Positions 50,028 through 62,076 of a stretch of 64,000 nt of DNA are shown here, one piece after another. Source of the DNA: Narcine bancroftii (Eukaryota); the NCBI RefSeq assembly GCF_036971445.1, contig NC_091476.1, forward strand, positions 174,282,001-174,346,000, written 5' to 3'. The number at the start of each line of letters is the position of its first letter. The stretch's first letter is position 1. Both the position numbers and the translations under genes were made by a program. The notes beneath the pieces are model-generated. The model saw only the letters and a list, made by a program, of their open reading frames with translations, had not been told where the DNA came from and ran no database searches.

Positions 50028-50790
50028 TTCAAGTTCATCCAACCTTGTCTAATCCAGACAACATCCCAGGCACCCTCTGCTGTATCCTCTCCAAAATTTC
50101 CACATCCTTCCTGTGATGTAATGAGTAGAACTACACACAATACCCCTAGTGTTACCTCACCATGGGTAGATACGACTGCAGCATGGACCGATGAGGGCAA
50201 GTGTGCTGTATAACTTCAATGCTACCCTGTCCACTTGTTTTGCTCCTCTCAGGGACCTATGGACTGGCACCCCACGATCCCTCAGTATCCCTATGGGTCC
50301 TATCATTTACTCATCAATCCTGTTGAAAGACAGTGGAGTCTGCTGGAATGTGGGCCATGGTCAAAGTAGAGGACTCAGCTCTGAGTCATTTCTGTGTCAG
50401 TGGAAACTAAACAACCAAAGGTGAAATGTGGGTTGATTCTTTGTCAAAGCAATGCTGCAAGTTCAAAGCCAGGTCGTTTAATTAAAGCACTAATGAGGAG
50501 TAGGAAAAGAGGTTCAATGGCATTGTCAACAGTTACTAATAAATATACTGTATCTAGAGAGGGTGTCCAGGTAGATGGGTGATGGTCCAAGTTTAGGCTG
50601 AAGGCATCAAGCCAAAGGAATTGGCACAGAGGGAGTATCAGAATTCAATGTAATGTCGAGCTCAGAATCCATTCAAATGGCATAGCAGGATGAAGGACTC
50701 TGCGGATGGTTGATCGGGATCAGAGAGGTGAAGATTAAAAGGGAGAGTGAACACAGCAAGGGTTGGGACTGGGAGAGAGATGGGGCCTGA
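50028..50790 (+). repeat. Direct duplication, copy B (probably ancestral)
   Basis: Continues upstream into the same CR1 fragment (49790-50030) that is cut off in copy A. Confidence 0.9.
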
Positions 50791-51444
50791 GGAAAGTGAA
50801 GCTGAAGACCGTTTATGGGAATGGAAGAGTTGGTGAAGTTAATAATCTTTGGCATCTGAAAGGTAGGAGAAAGACAGTCTTGATGAAGGACTCTGACCCA
50901 AATATTGACAATTTTCTCCCACTAATGCTGCTCAACTCGCTGAGTTCCTTCAACAGGTTGTTTTGTACTGTGAATTATTTCAAAATTAATTAGTTGTTCT
51001 TGGAATCACTTGGAGGCTGTTCCAGAATAATATGCAATACACTGAACTCAAAATCTCAAGTAGCTTCCAACAGCTGAAGCAGACCTGTGATTGCATTCGA
51101 CAATCAATACACAAAAGTGGAGAAACTCAGCAGATCCTGCAGCATCCTAGGAAAAGCAATAACCAGTCGACATTTTTGCTTTCTCTCTAGATGCTGCAGG
51201 ACCTTCTGAGCTCCTCCAGTGGTTTTGTGTACTGTATGAGACCCCAGCATCTGCAGACCTCATTTACTCACAGTACATTAATCTTGGTGTTTTATGGAGC
51301 TCTCCTGCTTTATTATTACAGCCAAATTATCACCAGAATCTCCTGTCATGAACATGTCACAAAATTTGTTCTTTTGTTGCAGCATTACACAGTGCAAATA
51401 TTGCTAGAAATCATTTTTTTTTAAATTAGTGCAAAGAGAAAGTG

Positions 51445-52590
51445 GGGTAGTGTCTGTGGTTCATTGTTCAGAAATTTGATGGTGAAGGGGAAGAAGCTGT
51501 TTTGTACCGACCATTGGGTGTTGGTCTTCAGGCTCCTATACCTCCTTCCTGATGGTAACAGTGTGAAGAGGGCATGGCCTGGGTGGTGAGTTTCCTTGAG
51601 GATAGAGGCTGCTTTCTTAAGGCACCACCTCTTGCAGATGTCCTCAATGGAGTGATGACTGATGGCCATGATGGCGCTGACCTCGTTCATGACACTCTAG
51701 TCTTTTCCTGTCCTATGCATTGGCACCTCCATTCAGTGATGCAATGTCAGAATGCTCTCCATGGTACACTTGCAAGTCTTTGGTGACATAACAATTTAGT
51801 GGATCGAATGGTAAGACGCTGTGCAGTTTAAACCTACTGACGCAGGGAACATAGACTGCTGCAAACTGTGGAGCAGATTGCGGAAGACACATGGGAGGCC
51901 ATTGGAAGCACTGCTGAAAGGCAGGTGTGGAAAATGGGCCAGCATCGAGGTTAGACTGAGAGTTAACCCCTTTCAGGCCTGCGCTCCTGACAATTCTACT
52001 CTCAAATGTAGGATCACTGGATGACCTGAGACTGCATCTGAACCAGAGAGAACTGCAGGGCTGCTGTGCTCTGTTGATTACAGGAACGTGACTCCATTTC
52101 GTGATATTTTCTATCTCTTTGTAGTACAACTCATCGATGTTGCTGATGAGGCCAACGACTGTTGTCATCTGCAAACGATAACACTGTTGGAGCTGGATCT
52201 AGTGATGCAGTTGTGGGTCAGTCGTGTGATCAGAAGCACCTAGCTCTGAGGAGCGCTGGTACTTGACGTTCTGCTGCTGACCCCAGACACACTGTGGTCT
52301 TTCTGTTAGGAAGTCCAGGATCCAGTTGCAGAGAGAGGTGTTGAGTCCCAGCAAGGACAGCTTGTCTACCAGCCTCTGGGGAATGATCACATTAAATGTC
52401 TCGCTGATGCCAATGAATTGCAGCCTGGAGTATGAGGTGTCATTCTCTAGATGGGACAGGTTGGAGTGAAGGGACAAAGCTATAGCATCATCTGTGGAAC
52501 AGTTTCTTCTATAGGCACATTGAAATGGGTCCAGCGTCTCTGGGAGGTGTGCTTTGATTGTATTCCATCACCAGAAGCTTGAAGCATTTC
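51445..52590 (-). mobile_element. Decayed Rex1/Babar LINE
   Basis: [14 protein letters not shown] and KAASILKETHHPGHALFTLLPSGRRYRSL motifs; interrupted at about 51795-52085. Confidence 0.75.
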
Positions 52591-53924
52591 ACAACGGTAG
52601 AGGTAGTCATCTAGACCTATGATAAATGCGTCTTGGGTACCTGTTCTTCTCTTCTTTATTCTCCTTAAATTTGAATTTTAAAAGTATTGCCTGAGAATCT
52701 GGAAAATCCAGACCAAACCCAATCCCCAAACAGTTCAGATTTTAGGATTTTTACTGTAGTATTAATGTCATATGTAAATTCAGCGGTTCGTTAAGTAACT
52801 GAATCAAGACCATTGTGGACTGCTGACTGATGTAGCCAAAACTGTAGATGAAAATAAAGCCAGATGTTTACCAAGAGTGCAGAGTTCATTTTGGAAAATC
52901 ACTTTGATGATGGAAACGTGGTTATGTATCTGCCTTGGCTACATAAAGGACACTGTTTGACCTGCTGATTTTCTCCAGCATTATGTGTTTTTACTTCACC
53001 CACGGTGTCCACAGAATTCTATGATTTACCTCTTGCACATAATTAATATCCTTCCTATGAGATGCCTGCTATTTATATCGTTAACTTTCATCACTCATGC
53101 ATCATAATGTCATATCTTCTCTTGTTTACACAGTTGTAATTAAATTCACTTGATACATGAATAAAATTCAACATTGAAGCATTTAATCTACCATAACAAA
53201 TAGATTTTAGATTTTTTTTCCTTTTTTGAGTTGAGGAGCCAAATTCTTGCCTGGCTTTTAATGTCGAAGAGCAGCCAACGTTTCGAAGCTTTCAATGAAA
53301 ATGATGACACTTCCCATCATTGGATTTCCACGTTGGCGCTGGTCATCTGGCCACATGCTTCTCCGTGAAATCAACACGCTACTCTCACCAGTCCTGTGCA
53401 AACAGTGAAAGGAGCTGATCGCCTCCAAAATATCCGACCAGTGGCTCCGTCAGACACCTGCTGCCTCTCCAGGGAAGGATCGGAGGTGACTGGTCTCTTC
53501 AGTCAGCCAGAACCAACAAAATCAGAATTGTACCAAGATCTTCACCTGAGAAGAAATAACTCTCGCCACTCTCAGTGTACTTGTGCATTTGGCCATCAGG
53601 TGGCGCCAATATTCATACAAAATAACAACATTTCATACATCAGGGACCAGAACTGAGAAGATGCAATGGGCATTAAAGCGGCTTGTTCTATCATCATATT
53701 TTAAATAAGATGTGGTTAAGTTTAATCAGAAACATATGCATTTAAGTTTCACAACCAAGACTAGAGCTATAGAACACTGCAGCACAGAAAACAGGCCATT
53801 CGGCACTTCAGAATTTATTGTCATGAATTCCAGTGTTCTGTGTCAGCGTCACAGCGCAAACATTCAGATTATGACTATTTTGCAACTATTAAAAAAATGA
53901 AAATAACAGTGCACGGAAAGTCTG

Positions 53925-55410
53925 TGGTTCATTGATTATTCTGGAATCTGATGGCAGCGGGGAAGAAGCTGTCCTTGTGCCACTGAGTGCTCGTCTTTAG
54001 CCTCCTGGGCCTTTTCCCCAATGGTCGCTGAGTGAAGAGGGCACAGCCTGGTGATGGGCGTCTTTGAGGATAGAGGCTGCTTTTTTAAGTCACTGCCTCA
54101 TGTCGATGTCCTCGATGGAGTGAAGTCTGGTGCCTGTGATTTGCAGGCCGCGTTAACAACCCTCTGGAGTTTCTTCTTGTACCGAGAGTTGGCGCCTCCG
54201 TACCAGGCAGTGATACAACCAGCCAGAATGCTCTCCACAGTACACCTGTAGAAATAACTAGAATCTTTGGTGACGTACCAAACCACATCAGACACCTCCC
54301 AAAGTATAGCTGCTGGGGAGCCTTCTTTGCGATTGCATCAATGTGGAGACTCCAGGACAGATCCTTGGAGATGTTGACACCCAGGAATTTGAAGTTCTTC
54401 ACTTCTCCACTACTGAGCCCTCAATGAGGACTGGGTTGTCTCCCTGACTTCCTCCTGAAGTCTGTAATAATCTCCTTGGTTTTGTTGATGTTGAGCACAA
54501 GGTTGTTGTTATACCATTAAACACTTCCTCATTGCCATTTGCGATTCTGCTGACAATTGTGGTGTCATCGGCAAACTTGTAGATAGCATTGGAATTATGC
54601 CTGGCCACACAGTCAGGGGTGTGTAGTGAGTAGAGCAGTGGGCTTAGCACACATCCTTGGGGTGTACCTGTGTGGATGATCAGTGAGGAGGAGACATTGT
54701 TTCCAATTCGTACTGACTGTAGTCTTCCTATGAAAAAGTCAGTCAAGGATCCAGTTGCAGAGGGAGGTACAGAAGCCCAGAGTTTGTAGCTTCTTGACCA
54801 ACACTGAGGGAATAATGGTATTAAAGGCTGAGCTGTAGTCGATGAAGAGCAGCTATATGTATGAATTGCTGTTTTTGAGGTGATCCAGAGCTGAGTGGAG
54901 AACCAGTTTGTATCTGCCATGGAGCGATTGTGATGATAGGTGAATTGCAGCAGGTCCAGATCTTTTCTTACGTTTGTGTTAATTCTGGCATGACCAGCCT
55001 CTCAAAGCATTTCATCACAGAAGACGTAAGTGTTACTGGTCAGTAGTGGTTGAGGCAGCTCACACCGCTCTTCTTTGGGTACCAGGATGATTGATGCCCT
55101 TTTGAAGCTGGTGGTACCCTGTGACTGCAGCAATGAGAGGGTCGAAAATGTCTGTGAACTTTCCAGCTAGTTGGTTGGTGCCGATTTTCAGTCCCCTGCC
55201 AGGTACACCATTAGGGCCTTGTGAGGGTTCACCCTTTTCAGGTACAAAGGGTCCTCAGCCTTTTCAGGGATTCTAGAAGATATTGGTTCTTCTTAAAGCA
55301 GGCATAGAAGATGTTCAGCTCATTGGGCAGTGAAGCATCACAGTCATCTATAGTGTTCACCCTCAATTTGTAGGCTGCAATGGCCTGCACTCCCTGCCAT
55401 AGTTAGTATG
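53925..55410 (-). mobile_element. Rex1/Babar LINE RT region
   Basis: QSVRIG...TGTPQGCVLSPLLYSL...YKFADDTTIV, FKFLGVNIS and YRCTVESILAGCITAWYG motifs. Confidence 0.85.
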
Positions 55411-55419
55411 TGCTGAAAC

Positions 55420-56015
55420 ATTCTGCTGGTCCTACTGACCTGTACCCATTCCATAACCCTCCAGACCTCTCCCATCCATATATCTATCTAATTTATTCTT
55501 AAAACTTAAGAGTGAGCCCATATTTACCACATCAGATGGCAGCTCATTCCACACTTCCATCACTCTCTTAGTGCAGATGTTGCCCCCCAAACCTTTCTCC
55601 TTTCACCCTAAAGCCATGTCCTCTCGTATTTATCTCTCCTAATCTCAGTGGAAAGAGCTTACTCTCATTTACTCTGTCTATTCCCCTCATAATTTTGTAA
55701 ACCACTATCAAATCTCTTAATTCTTCCACGCTCTAAGGAATAATGTCCCAACCTATTTAATCATTCCCTGTACCTCAACTCCTGAAGACTTGGCAACATC
55801 CTAGTAAATCTTCTCTGCACTTTTTCAATCTTACTGATATACTTCCTGTAGTTTGGTGACCAGAACTGCACACAATACTCCAAATTTGGCCTTATTGATG
55901 TCTTATACAACCCCACTATAACATCTTAACTCCTGTACCCAATACTTTGATGTATGAAAGCCAAGATGCCAAAAGCTTTCTTCACCATCCTGTCTACCTG
56001 TGACACCACTTTCAG
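55420..56015 (-). mobile_element. Decayed CR1 LINE 3' region
   Basis: Minus strand reads RPNLEYCVQFWSP-like and GHGFRV-like motifs. Related fragments lie at 6640-6990, 30690-31790 and 41900-42790. Confidence 0.75.
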
Positions 56016-56019
56016 ATAA

Positions 56020-56605
56020 CTCCTGCACAGGGCCTTGATGAGACCACACCTGGAGTATTGTGTGCAGTTTTGGTCACCTTATCTAAGGAAGGATGTTCTT
56101 GCAATGGAGAGAGTGCAGAGGCGATTCACCAGGTTGATACCTAGAATGGCAGGAATGACTTATGAGGAAAGATTGCTCAAATTGGGATTGTACTCGCTGG
56201 AGTTTAGAAGATTGAGAGGGGATCTCATAGAGACATATAAAATTCTGGCAGGACTGGACAGAATGGATGCAGATGGGATGTTTCCAAGGATGGGAAAATC
56301 CAGAACCCGGGGCCATGGTTTGAGGATAATAGGCAAACCATTTAGGATCGAGATGAGGAGGAATTTCTTGACCCAGAGGGTGGTGAATCTGTGGCATTCA
56401 TTGCCACAGAGGGCAGTGGAGGCAGGTTCATTAAATATATTTAAGAGGGAATTAGATCTATTTCTTCAGTATAAGGGTATTAAAGATTACGGAGAGAAGG
56501 CGGGGACGGGGTACTGAACTTTAAGATCAGCCATGATCTTGTTGAATGGCGGAGCAGGCTCAAAGGGTTGAATGACCTACTCCTACTCCTATCTTCTATG
56601 TTTCT
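56020..56605 (+). mobile_element. Younger 5'-truncated CR1 LINE with intact ORF2 C-terminus and 3' UTR
   Basis: Uninterrupted RPHLEYCVQFWSPYLRKD...RRLRGDLIETYKI...TRGHGL...QRVVNLW...FKRELD (56035-56517), with a TTCTATGT-like tail. Confidence 0.9.
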
Positions 56606-56719
56606 ACGTCTCTTCATGGTGACAACTCCACACTCCCCTCACCATGTGATGAAATCCACCTAACTGTTAGCGCCAAAATGTCCAGCATCAAACTGTGGGT
56701 GGCAAAATGTCTGGCGCCA

Positions 56720-58455
56720 AACTCTCTTAGACCCATAAAGGGTAACCAACGCTTAAAGCCTGAGTCCGTTGTCATGATATCAGCAAAATGCCGACAGGAA
56801 CTTGAATAAAAATGTGGGGGTCGGGGAGGAGAGGCAGAAGCGCAGGGTCTCAGGTCATAGGTGGATGCAGCTGGGAGGGTAGAAGGGATAAAATCTGAGA
56901 AGTGATGGAGAGAGGACAGCTTTCTGATTGGAGAGGGAAGGAATGGGGGTGGGGAGCTGGAGTAAAGGAAACAAAGGGATGGGGAAAGAGAGGATTTAAC
57001 AGACTTTGGAGAAATCAATGTTGATGCCATCTGATTGGAAAGTGCCCTGACAGCATTAACATACTGTACCAACCTCGGTTTGGCAGTGCATGAGGTAATG
57101 GATAGACACGTTGGTGTAGGAATGACGTGGAATTAAAATGCTTGGACTCTGGGAAGTCCTTGATTTTGCAGGAGACAGAATGAAGGTACTCGATGAAACA
57201 ATCTCCCGGTCTTCATCAAATCTCACCGACGTAGAGGAGGCCACATTGGGAGCACCAAATGCAGTCGATAACCCCTGCAAATTCACAAGTGAAGTGTTGC
57301 TTTACTCGGAAGAACAGTTTGGGACTCCCAAATGGTGGTGAGGAAGGAAATGTGGCACAAGTGTAGTATTTCTTTTGATCACAGGGGTAGGCACCAAGGG
57401 GGGTGATTAGTGTGAAATATGGATGAAAGATGGAATCCCAAAGAGAACGGTCCCTCCGGAAAGTGGAGAGGGAAAGAAGTGTCTGATGGTGGGATCATGT
57501 AGATGGCAGAAATTGTGGAGGATATGTTGGATGTGGAAGCTGATGGGGTGCTAGGTGAGGACAAAGCAAATCCTTTCCTTGGGTCAGAGGGGACCAAGGC
57601 AGATGTGCAGAAAATAAAGATACAGGTGAGGGGAAGCCACATTTTTGGAAGGACATTTTGGATGTTTAGGAATAGAATACCTCTTCCTGGGAGCAGGTAC
57701 GACAGTGACAGAGGAATTGAATAAAAAGGAATAGAATCCTTACAGGAGTCAGGGTGTGAAGAGGTGTAGTGGAGGTAATTATGGGAGTTGGTAGGTTTGT
57801 AGGGAGTTTGTTTCCTGAGATGGAGAAAGGGGAGAGTATTGCCAGAGATGGGCCAAATTAATTTGAGGCTGGGGTGAAAATGAGCAACAATGCAAATAAA
57901 GCTGTTGAGCGCATCACAGGTGCGTGACGCAGCTCCAAATGTAGCTGTCAGTATAGTGGAGGAAGAGTTGAGGAGCTTTGCCTGTGTAGGCTTGCAGCTT
58001 GGACTGCTCCACCAAGCCAACACAAAGGCAGAAGGCAGGCTTAGCTGGGACTCAGGCAGGAACCGATAGCTACGCCTTTGACTTGGAGAAAGTGGGAAGA
58101 GCCAAGGGAGACGTTATTGAGGGTGAGAACGAGTTCTGCCAGGTGGAGGAGGTGGTGATTGCGTCTATTATTGAGAAAGGATCAAGGCTTTGAGACAATA
58201 ATCAGTTGCAGGAAATTTCTGTCCATCCATAACTGAGAGCTTTACAAGCAGCCTGACCAGTTAGCCACAAAAGAGGTGAGAAAGCTGTATATTTTGTGGT
58301 GTAAGTCATTTGGCTTTGGACAGAGATAAACACTTCACAAAACTTCACACTGGAACAAATAAAAACCCTTTCTTGCAGACAAGTAACTATGAAAAACAAT
58401 TCAGGCACCTGCCTGCTTTTTGTTCATACCTTGAAGGGCTGAGGCCTGAAATGCA
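56720..58455 (-). mobile_element. Decayed Penelope-like element with an inverted right terminus
   Basis: FHPSLKLIW...YKPTNSHNYLHYTSSHPDSCKDSIP on minus; a plus-strand terminal copy at about 58400-58455. Confidence 0.75.
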
Positions 58456-59980
58456 AATTCTGATCTTGCACCTTGATGTCCAATTTTCGGTCAGTGCGAC
58501 CAAGTGCAGTGTTTCAGAGATGTGGTAAATTTATTGTCTTTGTACAGAAACCATCACACCATGCTGAGCACCACACACACTTGCAACTCTAACCCAGAGG
58601 CAGCTTGTAAGTTTCCACAATAGAAAAAGTTTACAGTATTTACAATTGTAACCGCAGAAATTTAGTTTGTTGGAAACTGTTCACTCGACATGTTTGATCA
58701 ACCGTATTTGGCAGGTGTTGTCATGGTAAATAAGCGTGAAGCTTTATTTGACCCATATTCTTACATTTTCTACATTATTCAAGCTGCTGTGTGGTTAAGA
58801 CTGTCAAAGAGAAGCAAAAGTTATAAACAACAACCTGCAGTATTCGTCAGGCTACTTTGAATTTCCGCTCATGTTACTTGTTTACATCAGTGGTTCTCAA
58901 CTTTTTTTTACCCTAGGCCCCACTTAAATTTTTCATAAAAGCAGACGCCCCATCATTAGCGGAAAAAAGCTAAAAATTCAGCAACATCGACACTGATGTC
59001 CTTTATATCACAAACGTAAAAATACATAACCGACGTTTCGGGCTTGAGCCCTTCATGGGAAAATGTCAGCAGGTGTCTGATGGTGGATTATTGTTGAAGG
59101 TGCCAAACCAAACAAGGAAACTAGTTTTTTGTGGCGTCGTGACATTTCTAAGTATTCATCTCCCACCCCCGTCCTCACTACACTCTGCATCACCGATGGA
59201 GCTTGACTTCCTCGGACTGCTCGATCCTGCAGAGGATAGTGAAGATCATTGGGATCCTACGGGCATCAACAGCACTCGATGCAGGTGAAAGGCAATAAAC
59301 GTTGTGAAGGACTTCACAGACCCCTCTCCCTTCTGCCACCTGGTAGGAGGCACCGTAGCATTTGGGGGCCCCTTACATCCAGATTGGGCAACAGTCCCCC
59401 CCCCCACCGCCCCAGGCCATCAGACTCCTGAACTCCCAGAACATATGTGGATGGGGTACGGTGGTACCAACGACCCTTACAGGATATCTCTCAATATTTA
59501 ATATTTTATGTGTCTAACTTCTATTTAAACTTATATTTATGTAAATATTTGAGAGATAATAGATTATAGGAAGTAAAGCTAGTATGAATGAAAGAAAGAA
59601 TAATAGACTAGATTAGAGGAAGTTAAGTAAGTGCTGAATAGGGATGAATTCCGATAAGAGTGTGAGGAAGGGTTACGCAAGTACAATAGGTCTTACAGTG
59701 ATAGAAAGAACTAGCAAGTTCTGGTATAGAATTAGTAAGTCCTGGGGGTTAAGAGGTGTGAATAAGGTCAAAGGCAGATTCATGATGAGGACAATGACAT
59801 GATGGGACCCAGACAAGACACCCCATGGTCTTCTAAGTTTACAGAAACTGCACGTAGGCAGACAGAATTACCAAATGCCAAACCAATCCAGGAGGGCAGA
59901 AGAATGTTAGGGGGGGGGGGGTTATCTCTACACTGAAATGAACTGTATAAAAGTTGGGTGAGCCCCAGTATGTGTGTGTA

Positions 59981-62076
59981 TCCGGCGACGCTCGGGCCCA
60001 TCCGGCGACGCTCGGGTCCATCCGGCGACGCTTGGGCCCATCCGGCGACGCTCGGGCCCATCCGGCGACGCTCGGGCCCATCCGGCGACGCTCGGGCCCA
60101 TCCGGCGACGCTCGGGCCCATCCGGCGACGCTCGGGTCCATCCGGCGACGCTCGGGCCCATCCGGCGACGCTCGGGCCCATCCGGCGACGCTCGGGTCCA
60201 TCCGGCGACGCTCGGGCCCATCCGGCGACGCTCGGGCCCATCCGGCGACGCTCGGGTCCATCCGGCGACGCTCGGGCCCATCCGGCGACGCTCGGGCCCA
60301 TCCGGCGACGCTCGGGTCCATCCGGCGACGCTCGGGCCCATCCGGCGACGCTCGGGCCCATCCGGCGACGCTCGGGCCCATCCGGCGACGCTCGGGCCCA
60401 TCCGGCGACGCTCGGGCCCATCCGGCGACGCTCGGGTCCATCCGGCGACGCTCGGGTCCATCCGGCGACGCTCGGGCCCATCCGGCGACGCTCGGGTCCA
60501 TCCGGCGACGCTCGGGTCCATCCGGCGACGCTCGGGCCCATCCGGCGACGCTCGGGTCCATCCGGCGACGCTCGGGTCCATCCGGCGACGCTCGGGTCCA
60601 TCCGGCGACGCTCGGGTCCATCCGGCGACGCTCGGGTCCATCCGGCGACGCTCGGGTCCATCCGGCGACGCTCGGGTCCATCCGGCGACGCTCGGGTCCA
60701 TCCGGCGACGCTCGGGTCCATCCGGCGACGCTCGGGCCCATCCGGCGACGCTCGGGTCCATCCGGCGACGCTCGGGCCCATCCGGCGACGCTCGGGTCCA
60801 TCCGGCGACGCTCGGGTCCATCCGGCGACGCTCGGGCCCATCCGGCGACGCTCGGGCCCATCCGGCGACGCTCGGGCCCATCCGGCGACGCTCGGGTCCA
60901 TCCGGCGACGCTCGGGCCCATCCGGCGACGCTCGGGTCCATCCGGCGACGCTCGGGTCCATCCGGCGACGCTCGGGTCCATCCGGCGACGCTCGGGCCCA
61001 TCCGGCGACGCTCGGGTCCATCCGGCGACGCTCGGGTCCATCCGGCGACGCTCGGGTCCATCCGGCGACGCTCGGGCCCATCCGGCGACGCTCGGGTCCA
61101 TCCGGCGACGCTCGGGTCCATCCGGCGACGCTCGGGTCCATCCGGCGACGCTCGGGTCCATCCGGCGACGCTCGGGTCCATCCGGCGACGCTCGGGTCCA
61201 TCCGGCGACGCTCGGGCCCATCCGGCGACGCTCGGGTCCATCCGGCGACGCTCGGGCCCATCCGGCGACGCTCGGGTCCATCCGGCGACGCTCGGGTCCA
61301 TCCGGCGACGCTCGGGTCCATCCGGCGACGCTCGGGTCCATCCGGCGACGCTCGGGCCCATCCGGCGACGCTCGGGTCCATCCGGCGACGCTCGGGTCCA
61401 TCCGGCGACGCTCGGGCCCATCCGGCGACGCTCGGGCCCATCCGGCGACGCTCGGGCCCATCCGGCGACGCTCGGGTCCATCCGGCGACGCTCGGGCCCA
61501 TCCGGCGACGCTCGGGTCCATCCGGCGACGCTCGGGTCCATCCGGCGACGCTCGGGCCCATCCGGCGACGCTCGGGCCCATCCGGCGACGCTCGGGTCCA
61601 TCCGGCGACGCTCGGGTCCATCCGGCGACGCTCGGGTCCATCCGGCGACGCTCGGGCCCATCCGGCGACGCTCGGGTCCATCCGGCGACGCTCGGGTCCA
61701 TCCGGCGACGCTCGGGTCCATCCGGCGACGCTCGGGTCCATCCGGCGACGCTCGGGTCCATCCGGCGACGCTCGGGTCCATCCGGCGACGCTCGGGCCCA
61801 TCCGGCGACGCTCGGGTCCATCCGGCGACGCTCGGGCCCATCCGGCGACGCTCGGGTCCATCCGGCGACGCTCGGGTCCATCCGGCGACGCTCGGGTCCA
61901 TCCGGCGACGCTCGGGTCCATCCGGCGACGCTCGGGTCCATCCGGCGACGCTCGGGTCCATCCGGCGACGCTCGGGTCCATCCGGCGACGCTCGGGTCCA
62001 TCCGGCGACGCTCGGGTCCATCCGGCGACGCTCGGGTCCATCCGGCGACGCTCGGGTCCATCCGGCGACGCTCGGG
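59981..62076. repeat. 20-bp CpG-rich tandem array TCCGGCGACGCTCGGG(C/T)CCA, about 105 units
   Basis: Perfect 20-bp periodicity with one dimorphic position and only one other variant seen (60033). Confidence 0.98.

Noticed and set aside
56035-56517. Intact 160-aa ORF as a host gene
   Set aside because: It is the C-terminus of CR1 ORF2 in a 5'-truncated copy.
55420-56605. Twin-priming inversion of a single CR1
   Set aside because: The two halves cover overlapping ORF2 regions, differ in decay level and show no shared TSD; they are better explained as independent insertions.
59981-62076. CRISPR-like array
   Set aside because: No unique spacers, eukaryotic context and no cas genes; it is a plain VNTR. 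The same applies to the 12-mer and 39-mer arrays.
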